From: Planctomycetota bacterium
GTDB lineage: Bacteria; Planctomycetota; Brocadiia; JAADGH01
DNA length: 64,000 nucleotides
NCBI GenBank assembly: GCA_040755855.1
Contig: JBFMAD010000004.1
Coordinates: forward strand, 160,001-224,000
Reading direction: 5' to 3'
In this document: positions 1 to 10,065 of the stretch, piece by piece
How the letters are laid out: each line of letters starts with the position of its first letter
How positions within the stretch are numbered: the stretch's first letter is position 1
Notes under the pieces: generated by a model
What the model was told of the DNA's origin: nothing
The model's input: only the letters and a program-made list of their open reading frames with translations
Databases searched by the model: none
Program-made: the position numbers and the translations under genes

Positions 1-32
1 CGAGGTAATCTCTGCCCCGCGCCGTTGGCCTC

Positions 33-1238
33 TCATTCCACGCCCAGATACCGCAGCAGGGCCAGGGAGAGAACCTTCACCCCCGTCGGCAGGGCGTGCT
101 CGTCAATGTCGAATCGGCTGTGGTGGAGGGGCTGGCACTTGCCCGTCTTCGCGTCGGCCACGCCGAGCTTGAGGTGGAACCCCGGTCGGTCCTGAATGAA
201 CAACGTGAAGTCCTCCGCCGTCATGGGGCAGTGCGCCACCTCGATGGTATTGCGCTTGCCCAGGATGTCGTGGGCCGCCTGGCGGACGAGGGCAGTCAGC
301 TCCTTATCGTTGATGACGGGCGGGATGCCGAGGGTCCATTTGATCTCGCTGCCCATGTCGTAGGCGATGCAGATGTTGCTGATGGTCTCGTCAATCCGCT
401 CCTTCATCAGCGCGCGCGTCTGGGGCGTCAGCGTGCGGAGCGTGCCGATGGCCGTCACGCGCTCGGCCAGGATGGCGCGGGAGATGCCGCCCTTGACGAT
501 GCCAAAGTGCAGCGTTGTGTTCTCGCCGGGGGGCAGGTTGCGCGGGATGATGTGATAGAGCGACACAATGCACTGCGACATGGCCAGGATCGCGTCGCGC
601 CCCAGGTGCGGCGTGCCGGCGTGCGCCCCCTCGCCATAGACATGGAACGTGATCGAATCGGCCCCGGCCATAGCCGGCCCCTCGGCGACGCCCACGGTTC
701 CCGCCTTGAACTCCGGCCAGCAGTGCAGGCTGAAGACGGCCTCGGGGCTGGGCTTCTTGAGCGCGCCGTCTGCGATCATCGCCGCCGCGCCGCTGCGGCC
801 CTCCAGCCCGATCTCCTCCCCCGGCTGGAAGATGAGGACCACGGTTCCCGCGATCAAATCCTGCATTTCGGCCAGCGCCTCGGCCACGCCGCAGGCGACC
901 GTCACGTGGGCATCGTGCCCGCAGGCGTGGGCCACATTGGAAACGCTGGACTTGTAGTCCACGTCCTTCCCGTCCTGGATGCCGATGGCGTCCATGTCTG
1001 CCCGCAGCGCCACACACTTGCCTCGCTTCGCGCCTTTGAGGACGGCGACGACCCCCGTCTCCCCCACGCCGGTGCGCACCTTCAGGCCCAGCTTCTCCAT
1101 GTGCCTCGCCACGATGTCCGCCGTTCGCTTCTCGTGGAAGCGCATCTCGGGGTGTCTGTGGACATCGCGCCGCAGGGCCGTCAGCTTCTTCGCCATCGCC
1201 TCGGCCGAAGATGTGATCCGCTCAATCAGTTCGCTCAT
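33..1238 (-). CDS. M20D family amidohydrolase (N-acyl-L-amino acid amidohydrolase-like)
   Basis: Motifs RRDVHRHPE, ALRADMDA, HACGHDAH, FQPGEE, AEDF, HHSRFDIDE. Confidence 0.92.
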   Translation of the reverse strand: MSELIERITSSAEAMAKKLTALRRDVHRHPEMRFHEKRTADIVARHMEKLGLKVRTGVGETGVVAVLKGAKRGKCVALRADMDAIGIQDGKDVDYKSSVSNVAHACGHDAHVTVACGVAEALAEMQDLIAGTVVLIFQPGEEIGLEGRSGAAAMIADGALKKPSPEAVFSLHCWPEFKAGTVGVAEGPAMAGADSITFHVYGEGAHAGTPHLGRDAILAMSQCIVSLYHIIPRNLPPGENTTLHFGIVKGGISRAILAERVTAIGTLRTLTPQTRALMKERIDETISNICIAYDMGSEIKWTLGIPPVINDKELTALVRQAAHDILGKRNTIEVAHCPMTAEDFTLFIQDRPGFHLKLGVADAKTGKCQPLHHSRFDIDEHALPTGVKVLSLALLRYLGVE

Positions 1239-1269
1239 GCTCAGCCTTTCCGTCCAAAACGCACCTTCG

Positions 1270-2385
1270 TTAGATCTGAATGGGATAGGTCCCTTCTTTG
1301 TGGGCGACGTCGAGCATCGCCATGTAGTTGTCGTACCTCGTAGAGATAATCAGGCTGTGGCTGCTGCCCAGGATGAACCCGCCGCCCGGGGCGCAGTGCT
1401 TGACCGAGAAGCGCGCCTCGCGGCGGACGTCGTCCGGCGTGCCCGTGCTGAGCGTGTGGGTCAGCACGCCGCCCCAGAGCGTCAGCCGGTCGCCATAGGT
1501 CCTCTTGTATTCATCGAGGGGTTCGCCCTCTTGTATGGCCTGGTAGCAGTCCACACCGGCCTCAACCATCTGGTCGAGGATGAGTTTCAGGTTTCCACAG
1601 GAATGAAAGAGCACCGGGCTGCCGGCGGCCTTGATCTGCTCGCACTGCGCCTTCAGGGCCGGGAAGAAGACCTTGCGGAACGTGGCGGGCGAGACGAACG
1701 GCCCGCCCGTATGCCCGAAGTCCTCACCGCAGCAGAAGGCGTCGGCGCCCCGGTCCAGCGCGAGCTTCACGCGCTCGCCGAAGTTCTGAACGGATTTCAG
1801 TTTGCCTTCGGCCACCCCGTCGGGGTCCTCGGCGATGCGGATCATCCGCTCGGTGATCCCCAGCGCGCAGGGGTAGCCCACCGTCGGCGCGCCGCCGGCG
1901 TTGCGGGCGAAGATGTAGTGCGTCTCGCCCAACTGCTCGACGACGTAGTCGAAGAGCTCCCACTCCGACCCGTCGGGCGGGGGCTGCTCGATGGCGTTGG
2001 GCGCCTTCGAGCCGCGCTCCATGAGCATCATGTCCTGCGTCGCCTCGGAGTAGCGGAGGACGTTGCCAAATTGGTCTTTGTAGGTGTTCTCGTCAATCTG
2101 TTTTGGCTTTTCGAAGACGGCGTTTCGCGCGGGGACCATCTGGACAGGGACCATGTCTGTGTTTGTCTTGCGAATGAACTCGACGAGGTCCTTCTTCTGG
2201 CTCTCGACCACCTCGTCGCGTCGGCCATCCCAGAGGGCCTTGATCTCCTTGGTCTTTCCGCGGTAGAAGGTCTCGCGTCCGAGGACGGCCTCGATGATCT
2301 TGTAGTCGGTGGCGAACTCGCCGACCGGCACGCGGTCCGGTTCCTGGTGGTTCAGGGCCGCCTTGACTCGTTCTTTGGGTGTCAT
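1270..2385 (-). CDS. Uroporphyrinogen decarboxylase/MtaA-CmuA superfamily protein
   Basis: Start moved to ATG 2385 (MTPKERVKAALNHQEPDRVP, AGGAGA RBS upstream); HSCG metal motif; LWGGV...GTPDDVR...GGGFILGSSHS C-terminus. Confidence 0.85.
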   Translation of the reverse strand: MTPKERVKAALNHQEPDRVPVGEFATDYKIIEAVLGRETFYRGKTKEIKALWDGRRDEVVESQKKDLVEFIRKTNTDMVPVQMVPARNAVFEKPKQIDENTYKDQFGNVLRYSEATQDMMLMERGSKAPNAIEQPPPDGSEWELFDYVVEQLGETHYIFARNAGGAPTVGYPCALGITERMIRIAEDPDGVAEGKLKSVQNFGERVKLALDRGADAFCCGEDFGHTGGPFVSPATFRKVFFPALKAQCEQIKAAGSPVLFHSCGNLKLILDQMVEAGVDCYQAIQEGEPLDEYKRTYGDRLTLWGGVLTHTLSTGTPDDVRREARFSVKHCAPGGGFILGSSHSLIISTRYDNYMAMLDVAHKEGTYPIQI

Positions 2386-2484
2386 CACTCTCTCCTGCGC
2401 GAAGGCTCGATGCCGGAATAAGACGGCATGGATTATATGCCCCACGCACGCCGTCGGCAAGGAAATTTCGACGATTGGCGTCTC

Positions 2485-2516
2485 AACCTCCCGGAGGTTC
2501 CGACCTCCGGGAGGTT
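2485..2516. repeat. REP-like palindrome, family A, copy 1
   Basis: AACCTCCCGGAGGT-TCCG-ACCTCCGGGAGGTT: perfect 14-bp stem; identical arms recur at 43750..43782. Confidence 0.8.
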
Positions 2517-2535
2517 AAGTGTAGAGGAAAATGGA

Positions 2536-2566
2536 TTGACTTGGGGCGGCGTCGGGATGCTATAAT
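2536..2566 (+). promoter_or_regulatory. sigma70-type promoter for the STAS-rnpA-yidD unit
   Basis: TTGACT (2536-2541) and extended -10 TGcTATAAT (2558-2566); spacer is long (19 nt). Confidence 0.6.
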
Positions 2567-2604
2567 CCCTCAACGGAGCAACCAATCGGCGAGAGGAGAG
2601 GGCG

Positions 2605-2958
2605 ATGCTCGAATACGAAGAGACGCAGGACGGCGAGATCACGGTCGTGTCCCTGTGCGGCGTGCTCGACATGCACAGGGCCGATGAGTTCAAGGAACAG
2701 ATTCGGCGCTGGGTAAAGGCGGGACGCCTGAAGCTCCTCTTGGACCTGAGCGCGCTCGACTACATCTGCAGCGCGGGCATCGCGGCGCTGATCACGTGGA
2801 CGCAGCGCATCCGCGAGCGCGGCGGGCGGATGTGCGTCTGCTGCCCACGAGGGCAGGTCAAGGAGACCTTCCGCATCCTCCGGCTGAACGGGCCGTCGCC
2901 CGTGGTGCGCATCTTTCCCTCCCGGGAAGATGCCCTCAAGGAACTGAAGGCGCCATGA
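2605..2958 (+). CDS. STAS-domain anti-sigma factor antagonist
   Basis: 117 aa; VSLCGVLD, LLLDLSALDYICSAGIAAL phosphoacceptor region; GAGGAG RBS. Confidence 0.88.
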   Translation: MLEYEETQDGEITVVSLCGVLDMHRADEFKEQIRRWVKAGRLKLLLDLSALDYICSAGIAALITWTQRIRERGGRMCVCCPRGQVKETFRILRLNGPSPVVRIFPSREDALKELKAP

Positions 2959-3338
2959 CCCCCCCGGCAGCGGGACAATTCACCTTCTCGAAACGGGACC
3001 GCCTGAAAAACAATGTTGAGTTCCGCAAGGTCTTCGACAACGGCGTCCGACTGCGCGGCAAACGGCTGACGATCTACGCACTGGAGAACGGCCTGCCTAA
3101 CAGCCGCCTGGGCCTGGCGGTGGGGAAGAAGGTCGGGAATGCGGCGAGACGAAACCGGATCCGCCGCGTCCTGCGCGAGGCGTTTCGCCTGAACCGTGCG
3201 ATCCTGCCTCGCGGGTTCGACCTGGTCATCACGCCGGGGAGGGACCTGGGCGAGGCGTCTCTCTCGGCGGTGCAGCCGGACGTAGTCCATCTATTCGAGA
3301 AACTGACCCTGCGCGAAAAGCCATGCGGTTCATCCTGA
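2955..3338 (+). CDS. rnpA: Ribonuclease P protein component
   Basis: Start at ATGA overlap with the STAS stop; [34 protein letters not shown] (RNR motif). Confidence 0.93.
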   Translation: MTPPAAGQFTFSKRDRLKNNVEFRKVFDNGVRLRGKRLTIYALENGLPNSRLGLAVGKKVGNAARRNRIRRVLREAFRLNRAILPRGFDLVITPGRDLGEASLSAVQPDVVHLFEKLTLREKPCGSS

Positions 3339-3532
3339 TCCAACTGATCCGGGGGTATCAGCGGTTCCTGTCGCCCCTTCTGCCGCGGTCATGCCGCTAC
3401 ACGCCGACGTGCTCGGAGTATTTCATCCAGGCCCTGCAGAAGAAGGGCCTTATCCGGGGATTCCTCCTCGGGACCTGGCGCATCCTCCGCTGCCATCCCC
3501 TGGCGAAGGGCGGATACGATCCGGTGGAGTAG
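3323..3532 (+). CDS. yidD: Membrane protein insertion efficiency factor YidD
   Basis: [17 protein letters not shown]...RILRCHP..GGYDPV signature. Confidence 0.95.
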   Translation: MRFILIQLIRGYQRFLSPLLPRSCRYTPTCSEYFIQALQKKGLIRGFLLGTWRILRCHPLAKGGYDPVE

Positions 3533-3534
3533 CC

Positions 3535-4887
3535 ATGAACAAGTCCTATTGTCCACCCAAAGCCTTTGACCGCTTCATCCAGATCCCCGGACCGAACCCT
3601 ATTCTCACCACCGGCGGACCGGGCGCATGGGACGAGCACTGGGTGGAATGCTGTGAGGTGTTCAAGGACGAGGAGACCTACTATCTCTACTATCACGGCA
3701 CAGCGAGGGACAAGAAGAAATGGCCGCGCGGGGGATACCGGATCGGTGTGGCAACGGCCCCGCACCCGCTGGGACCATGGAGGAAGTCCGAGCGGAATCC
3801 CATCCTCGACCTCGGCCCGGAAGGGAGCTGGGAGGAGTGGAGCGTAGCCTGCGCATTCGTCCTAAAGGAAGGCGCAGACAAGTATTACATGTGGTATTCC
3901 GGGATGCCCGAACGCAAGCCGGGAACGCCGTCCGCTCCCAGCCCCTGGAGCATCGGTCTCGCCACCGCCCCCTCTCCCCTCGGCCCGTGGACGAGGCACC
4001 AAAAGAACCCGATTTTCGACAAATTCGGCTACGTGGGCGGGGTCGTCAAACACGAAGGCAAGTATTTCCTCTACACGGAACACCCCATCGGCGCAACAGG
4101 ACCCGACTACGGTCCGATCTCCCTGGCAACCAGCAGGTCGCCAGAGGGACCGTGGACCGCCTACGAGGGCAACCCCATCCTCGGGCCGAGCGACTGGGGG
4201 GCGTGGGATGACGGCGGCTACTCCGAGGCCAAGGTCAGTTACTGCGATGGGTTCTTCCACATGTTCTACGGCGGCGCCAAACTCCACCCCACCCGCATTC
4301 AAACCCTGGAGAGCATCGGCTACGCCTGGAGCCGGGATGGGTATCATTTCAACCGCCATCCCGGAAACCCGGTGGCGCTCCGAGAGAGAAACCCCGATGC
4401 CTCGGCCTTCGCCGAAGTGCACCACCATTTTGAGCTGCCGCTCATCTACCTGTTCCACACGCTGCGTTACGCCTCACGCCCGGCCGTCGAGGACATTGGC
4501 GTCCAAGTCCTCGCAATAGCTCGCCCCTTCTGCGTCACTATGCCCGTGCTCGCCGTTGAGTCCATCCCCCCTGCCGGGCGTACGGACATGGGGCTATGTC
4601 CCCCAATCAGCGCCGAGCACGTCTCGCAGGCGGCGCTCTCCGCCGAGTGCGCGTATGATCGCTCCGCCGGTGCCGGTCTAAGGATCCACATCCGGTCGAG
4701 TTGCGACGGACTTCGTTACGACACGGAGGACATCCTCACACTCGACCATCCTGTGCGAGCCGGGGAGAGCGTGCGAAAGACGTGGGAGATCGGCGTCCCA
4801 TGCCGATTCATCAAAGCCATCGCCGAAAACATGGACGGCGGACATCCCATCACAACCGTCCGCCTTGCTGTTACACTCAAGGGCTGA
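3535..4887 (+). CDS. Five-bladed beta-propeller glycosidase-like protein (GH32/43/130-like) with extra C-terminal domain
   Basis: Start moved to ATG 3535; repeated blades NPIL..G..G.WD/E, YYLYY.G, IG.ATA.HPLGPW. Confidence 0.7.
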   Translation: MNKSYCPPKAFDRFIQIPGPNPILTTGGPGAWDEHWVECCEVFKDEETYYLYYHGTARDKKKWPRGGYRIGVATAPHPLGPWRKSERNPILDLGPEGSWEEWSVACAFVLKEGADKYYMWYSGMPERKPGTPSAPSPWSIGLATAPSPLGPWTRHQKNPIFDKFGYVGGVVKHEGKYFLYTEHPIGATGPDYGPISLATSRSPEGPWTAYEGNPILGPSDWGAWDDGGYSEAKVSYCDGFFHMFYGGAKLHPTRIQTLESIGYAWSRDGYHFNRHPGNPVALRERNPDASAFAEVHHHFELPLIYLFHTLRYASRPAVEDIGVQVLAIARPFCVTMPVLAVESIPPAGRTDMGLCPPISAEHVSQAALSAECAYDRSAGAGLRIHIRSSCDGLRYDTEDILTLDHPVRAGESVRKTWEIGVPCRFIKAIAENMDGGHPITTVRLAVTLKG

Positions 4888-4961
4888 ACGATCGAAGAGT
4901 TCCAGGCGAGTCCCGAGGACACCGATACCCAACTATTTACTACAAAGTATGTCTATCACGG

Positions 4962-5873
4962 TTACGGTCGCTCGGTCTCGGGGCTGGCGGGCTTTGGGCA
5001 AGCCCTCACGCACCGGAAGCCCACGAAACCGTGGGTGTCTGCGCCGAAGCAGACGTCCGTGTAGCCGGGGTCCTCATCCAGCCGATAGGATGACCGGCAC
5101 TGCTGCGGACGCGACCCCCAGCTCCCGCCGCGGAGGACGCGATGCTGGCCCGAGGTCGGGCCGGTCGGATTTTCCGCCGGGCTTTCCTGGTAGTAGTCTT
5201 CCTTGTAGAAGTCGTTGCACCACTCCCACACGTTGCCGTAGATATCGTGCAGCCCCCAGGGGTTGGGGCGCTTCTGCCCCACGGGGCGCGGCTGCGTGTG
5301 GCAGTTCTCGGTGTACCAGGCATACTCCTTCAGGTCCGAGAAACTGTCGCCGAAGAAGTATCGGGTCTGCGCGCCTGCGCGGGCGGCGTACTCCCATTCA
5401 GCCTCCGTGGGCAGGCGGTATCCGCTCGCGGAGAAATCGCAGTTCCACGTCTTCAGGTCATAGGCGGGCTGAAACCCCTCGGCGCGCGACCGCGCATTGC
5501 AGTAGGCGACGGCCTGCGCCCACCGGATCTGCTCGACGGGGCCTTTCTCTTGCTTCCATCGGGAGGGGTTCTCCTTCATCACGCGCTCGTATTCTTCTTG
5601 AGTCACCTCGAAGCGGTCGATGCAAAATGGACCGACATACACCTTGTGCACGGTCTCGTCGGCCTGGTCCTTTTCGCTGCTCCCCATCGTGAACCATCCG
5701 CCGGGGAGGAGGACCATCTCGACGCCGGAGGTTGTCTTGACGACCTTCGGCGCATCATCCTTTCCCCTGGGCGGGGCCTTCTCGCTGCAGGAAAGCAATG
5801 CCCCGATCATGCCCGCGCAGAAAAGGAATTGGGGTCCGAAAAGTCCTTTGACCATTTTCACTACCTTGAACAC
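4962..5873 (-). CDS. Formylglycine-generating enzyme (SUMF1/EgtB/PvdO) family lipoprotein
   Basis: FTMGS, RLPTEAEWEYAARAG, NPWGLHDIYGNVWEW, RGGSW, GFRC; GTG 5873 follows AGGAGG; LLSC lipobox-like. Confidence 0.88.
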   Translation of the reverse strand: MFKVVKMVKGLFGPQFLFCAGMIGALLSCSEKAPPRGKDDAPKVVKTTSGVEMVLLPGGWFTMGSSEKDQADETVHKVYVGPFCIDRFEVTQEEYERVMKENPSRWKQEKGPVEQIRWAQAVAYCNARSRAEGFQPAYDLKTWNCDFSASGYRLPTEAEWEYAARAGAQTRYFFGDSFSDLKEYAWYTENCHTQPRPVGQKRPNPWGLHDIYGNVWEWCNDFYKEDYYQESPAENPTGPTSGQHRVLRGGSWGSRPQQCRSSYRLDEDPGYTDVCFGADTHGFVGFRCVRACPKPASPETERP

Positions 5874-6011
5874 GATCGGGAGTCCTCCTATGCTGGAGCG
5901 GCTTACCCTATGCACCCCCAAACAAGTTTGGGGGTGGCACACAGGGCCATCCCTGTGATTGAAGGCCCGCGGTGACAGGCGCCTGCCCCTACCATGGTAT
6001 CTGCCGCGCCG

Positions 6012-7037
6012 TCATTCCTCCGCCGGTGGGAGCCAGTCGTAGTCCCAATGGTGGCCGAGCCATCCCTCCGGCGTGAGCGTGAGCGTGGCGTTGTCCGCCA
6101 GCCGGACGACGCAGATCGGGCTATGCACCTTCCAGGTGCCGCCGTGGGGGATTCTTACAAACGCGATGTACCGCCCGCAGTGCGACCACCGACCGCACGG
6201 GTCCTGCCCGATCTTGTCCTTGGGCAGGGTGACGATCTCCCCGTCCGTGCCGGTCGGAAGGGACGGATCGAACTTCCGGACGCCGAGGCTGCCGCCGGCG
6301 TTCCAGCACATCCACTTGCCGTCGGGCGAGAAGGCCGGATGGCACTCGCCGCCGCCCTTGGGATGGTTCGGCAGCGTTCGTATCGGGCCGCCTTCCGACG
6401 ACATGAAGTCAATGGTGTACTTCTTGCCGAGGTAGTCTCGGATCTCGAAGATGAACCACTTGCCGTCGAAGGACAGGTCGGTGATGCCGAGGCGCCGCTC
6501 GACGGGGATCGGTTTGCTGTTCTCCCCCGTCGTCATGTCGGTGAAGAGGATGCCCCCTTTGTCGCAGTGGGCGGTTCGTTTGCTGTCCGGGGTCCAGACG
6601 TAACCGCCCCAGATGGGGTTCGGCCTTGCCGTCAGCGTGTCCACATCCACGATGTGGTCGCCGTGATTAAAAGTAAACATTTTCCCGTTCGGGGATGTTC
6701 GCGGGGCGCGCTCATCCTTGTCCGGGGTGTTTGTGAGCTGCTTGAGGCCCGAGCCATCTGCGTTGATGACATAGAGGTCGCGCGGCGGGTACTTCTTCTC
6801 GGCCTTCTTGTCCTTCTCAGGCTGCTCGACTTCCCCCGTGTCAGGGTGGATGGCGATGACGAGGCGATAGCCCGTCTGGCGGAGCTCCTCCTTGAGGTCC
6901 TCGATGCGCGCCGGCGCGAATGGCATGCAGGACGGGGGCATTTCCCACTTCTCCCGGATCGAGGTCGCCTCTTGCCCCGCACAGCGGCCTCCCAAAAAGG
7001 AGAGAACCACAAGCCACAGCCGCAGATGTGATCTCAT
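6012..7037 (-). CDS. Secreted TolB-like/PD40 beta-propeller protein
   Basis: Signal peptide; DLYVINADGSGLKQLT, P..SPNG, WTPDS, SFDGKW, PAFSPDGKW repeats. Confidence 0.75.
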   Translation of the reverse strand: MRSHLRLWLVVLSFLGGRCAGQEATSIREKWEMPPSCMPFAPARIEDLKEELRQTGYRLVIAIHPDTGEVEQPEKDKKAEKKYPPRDLYVINADGSGLKQLTNTPDKDERAPRTSPNGKMFTFNHGDHIVDVDTLTARPNPIWGGYVWTPDSKRTAHCDKGGILFTDMTTGENSKPIPVERRLGITDLSFDGKWFIFEIRDYLGKKYTIDFMSSEGGPIRTLPNHPKGGGECHPAFSPDGKWMCWNAGGSLGVRKFDPSLPTGTDGEIVTLPKDKIGQDPCGRWSHCGRYIAFVRIPHGGTWKVHSPICVVRLADNATLTLTPEGWLGHHWDYDWLPPAEE

Positions 7038-7272
7038 TTCAAACTCCCTTCTCTGCGCCAGCGTCTCTCCGACGCCATATGCGCCCCCGTCGCGCGAGTA
7101 TGGATGGTATTGCAGAACAGCGCCACGGTCAAGAAGAAAACGGCTCGAGAGGAACCAGGCATCCCCGGTCTAGTCTGTTATACCGCCGCCATCCCGCCGA
7201 TTGACATTTTTTGATCGGCCTGATAGGGTTGTTAGAGATTTGTCTGCTTCGATTTAGTTGTTGAGTGTGTCC

Positions 7273-8427
7273 ATGCGCAATCGAAACGTCCTCCTGATTG
7301 GAATTTCCATCTTCGCGCTCAATTTCGCCCTCGGCGTTCACATGAGCACGTGGATGAATTTTTTGAAGCAGGCCCTTGGCCTTCCGGTGGTATCCATCGG
7401 AATCATCGAGGGGATCCGCGAGGTGCCGGGCCTCATCTCCGTCCTGCTGGTTGCGGCGCTCGTCGTCCTTTCCCATCGGACCGCCGCAGGGGTATGCCTG
7501 ATTGTCTTCGCCGTCGGCATGGCGGGTTACTTCCTGGTGCAGGGCCTTCCGTCGCTGGTCATTGTCTCTATCCTGTGGAGCCTGGGGTTTCACGTCTGGC
7601 TGCCGTTCTCAAGCTCGATGGTCCTCGACACCGCCCCTCGGGGCCGCGAGGGGAGCCACGTGGGCGCCATGCAGTCGGTGGGCTACGGCGCCATGTTCGT
7701 CGGGTTGCTCATGGTCCTCGCCCTCGGCAAGCTGTGGCAGATGGGCATTCTACCGGTGGCGCCGTATCGGCCCGCGTATCTCTTCGCCGGGATTGTGGGC
7801 CTCGGCGGGGCAGTCGCATGTTTTGCAATCGAAAAGAATATCGGCAGGACGCCGCCGCGGCGGTTGCTCTGGAGACGGAAATATCGGCTCTATTACCTGC
7901 TCATGTTTCTGGAGGGCTGCCGGAAACAGATTTTTCTGACGCTGGCGACGCTCGTTCTCGTGAAGCGCTACGACGCTGAGGTGCAGCACATCGCGGCAAT
8001 GATGATCGTCTACAACTTCGCCAACTGGTTCGGCGCGCCGCTCCTGGGCCGGGCCATTGACCGCATCGGGGAGCGGCCGGTGATGACGTTCAACTACTCG
8101 GGACTGATCCTCGTGTTCTCCGGATACGCCCTGTTCCAGCAACGGTTCGCGCTCTACCTGCTCTACTGCATCGACAACCTGTTCAACATCTTCAACATGG
8201 CGTTGACAACGTATCTGAAGCGCATCGCCGAGCCGGCCGACATCGCCCCCTCGCTGGCGATGGGGGTGACGGCGAACCATCTGGCGTCCGTGATCGCACC
8301 CATCCTGGCCTGCCTGGCCTGGGAGCACATCGACTACCGAATCCCCTTTATCGTCGGCGCGGTCATCGCGTCATGCTCGCTGGTCTGCGCGCAGTGGGTT
8401 TGCGCCGCAGGCCAGCAGAAGACATAG
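7273..8427 (+). CDS. MFS transporter
   Basis: About 12 hydrophobic segments; GRAIDRIGER motif; IREVPGL. Confidence 0.85.
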   Translation: MRNRNVLLIGISIFALNFALGVHMSTWMNFLKQALGLPVVSIGIIEGIREVPGLISVLLVAALVVLSHRTAAGVCLIVFAVGMAGYFLVQGLPSLVIVSILWSLGFHVWLPFSSSMVLDTAPRGREGSHVGAMQSVGYGAMFVGLLMVLALGKLWQMGILPVAPYRPAYLFAGIVGLGGAVACFAIEKNIGRTPPRRLLWRRKYRLYYLLMFLEGCRKQIFLTLATLVLVKRYDAEVQHIAAMMIVYNFANWFGAPLLGRAIDRIGERPVMTFNYSGLILVFSGYALFQQRFALYLLYCIDNLFNIFNMALTTYLKRIAEPADIAPSLAMGVTANHLASVIAPILACLAWEHIDYRIPFIVGAVIASCSLVCAQWVCAAGQQKT

Positions 8428-8468
8428 TGAAGACGAGGGGGTCTCGTGCGCCTCCCCGGTCACGTCGG

Positions 8469-10040
8469 CTATCCATCCCCCGGAGGAGTAAGCCTGACTT
8501 CCACGCGGAGCACCTTGATCGGTTTGCCCCCAGATGCCGCGACCGCGATCTTATCCTTGTTCTCGCCCGGCAGCGCGTTCACGGGGATCGTGTACGTCAT
8601 CTCTCGGGTTCCACGCTCCAGCGCCTTCGTGTCGCGGAGCTGCCCCGCGACACCGTTCACGGTGACGGCGGGTTCCCCGCCATCTGCGCTCTTGGCCTCC
8701 ACTTCGATAATCGCGGCGGCCTGCCAATCGGCCGGCGGCTTTGGTCCCAGCGGCAGGGCGAACGTCAGCTCCCGACCGCTCGCCGGCAAGGGAGCTTGGT
8801 AAGTCTCGCCCGGGACCACGACGTCGCGATAGGTCACCCCGTGGCGGCGGGGTAGCTTGCAGGCTTCGTCCAATGACGAGAATGCCTTGAGTGTGCGCTG
8901 GTACTCCGGGATGGACCACGGCAGGCAGCGCTGGAAGTAATTGAAGAGATACACGATGTCCGCGCCGCCCGCAAGGACCGCGACAGCGGCGCCGGTCGCG
9001 TACTCCGGGTCCACCACACGCCTCGGCCCGGCGGGGTAGGGCTGGTAGTTTACGTCGAGCCCGCCCGCGAGGGTTACGCGGCCTCCCAGCAGCTCGCGCC
9101 ACTTGCCCATCGGCATGTCGAAATGCAGCGTCCCCCACCGGGGGGCTACGATCACCAGGTTCACCAGCCCCTCCTTGGCCCAGGTCGGTGCATCGAGCCC
9201 CAATCCAAGCGTGGTGTCCGGATCGAACGGGATGCGGACCCCGATCTGGATGGGGTGCTTCCGGTCGGCTGTCGCCTTGTTCACCAGTTGCCGAATCTCC
9301 CTCAGCCATTCGGTCAGGATCTTGGCCCCCGCCTGCTCCTCGCCCGCGCTGAACACGTACGGCTCGCGCATGAAGTCCAGCTCCAGCCCGTCGATGTCGT
9401 ATCGGTCGAGCGTCTCCACGATCAGGGCTTTGTATTGGTCCCGGACCTCGGGGTGGGCGTAGTCAAGGCAGCGGGCGTAGTAGCCCGGATGGCCCTTGCG
9501 GAAGCACTCCGGCTTGCGCCAGAAGTCGCCGTGGAACGGATGGTTCAGGTTGTCGTTGCAGTGCACGTCGTTCATCCGCAGCGAGATCCACGGCGAGATG
9601 CCGTTGTGGCGGCAGCGCTGAATCATGCGCCCGGGGTAGTCCACCCCTTGGTTGTGGTACCCCCATATCTTGTGGATGCGCTTCCGGCAGTGCTTGCGCT
9701 GATCCTCCGGCAGACCGGCGAGGAAGGGCTGATCGTCCGGGCCGTCCGGGTCGTAGCCGTCCCAGAACGACTGCCAGACTTTGCTGGTGTAGTTCGTTCG
9801 TCGCGCGTTGGTGTTGCAGAGTAGCGCGGTCACGCCGGCCCCGGCGAGGACATCGACGTAGCGGTCGGTCATCTCACCGGCCTTGCCCGGGGGGAATGTC
9901 TGGCTGTCGAAGAAGGAGGTGCAGTCCTCATTCTCCAGAAGTCCCGTCATTCGACCGGGTTTCTCATCGGCATTCGCCACCAGGGTCGCGACACACGCAA
10001 AGGACAAACAAATACTGAGGCTCAAGAAAATCTCCGTCAT
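8469..10040 (-). CDS. Secreted glycoside hydrolase-like TIM-barrel protein (GHL10/DUF187-like)
   Basis: Start moved to ATG 10040, signal peptide; SLRMNDVH, LDYAHPEVR, YDIDGLELDFMR, YLFNY. Confidence 0.72.
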   Translation of the reverse strand: MTEIFLSLSICLSFACVATLVANADEKPGRMTGLLENEDCTSFFDSQTFPPGKAGEMTDRYVDVLAGAGVTALLCNTNARRTNYTSKVWQSFWDGYDPDGPDDQPFLAGLPEDQRKHCRKRIHKIWGYHNQGVDYPGRMIQRCRHNGISPWISLRMNDVHCNDNLNHPFHGDFWRKPECFRKGHPGYYARCLDYAHPEVRDQYKALIVETLDRYDIDGLELDFMREPYVFSAGEEQAGAKILTEWLREIRQLVNKATADRKHPIQIGVRIPFDPDTTLGLGLDAPTWAKEGLVNLVIVAPRWGTLHFDMPMGKWRELLGGRVTLAGGLDVNYQPYPAGPRRVVDPEYATGAAVAVLAGGADIVYLFNYFQRCLPWSIPEYQRTLKAFSSLDEACKLPRRHGVTYRDVVVPGETYQAPLPASGRELTFALPLGPKPPADWQAAAIIEVEAKSADGGEPAVTVNGVAGQLRDTKALERGTREMTYTIPVNALPGENKDKIAVAASGGKPIKVLRVEVRLTPPGDG

Positions 10041-10065
10041 GACATCTCTCCTGATGTTTCTGGGA

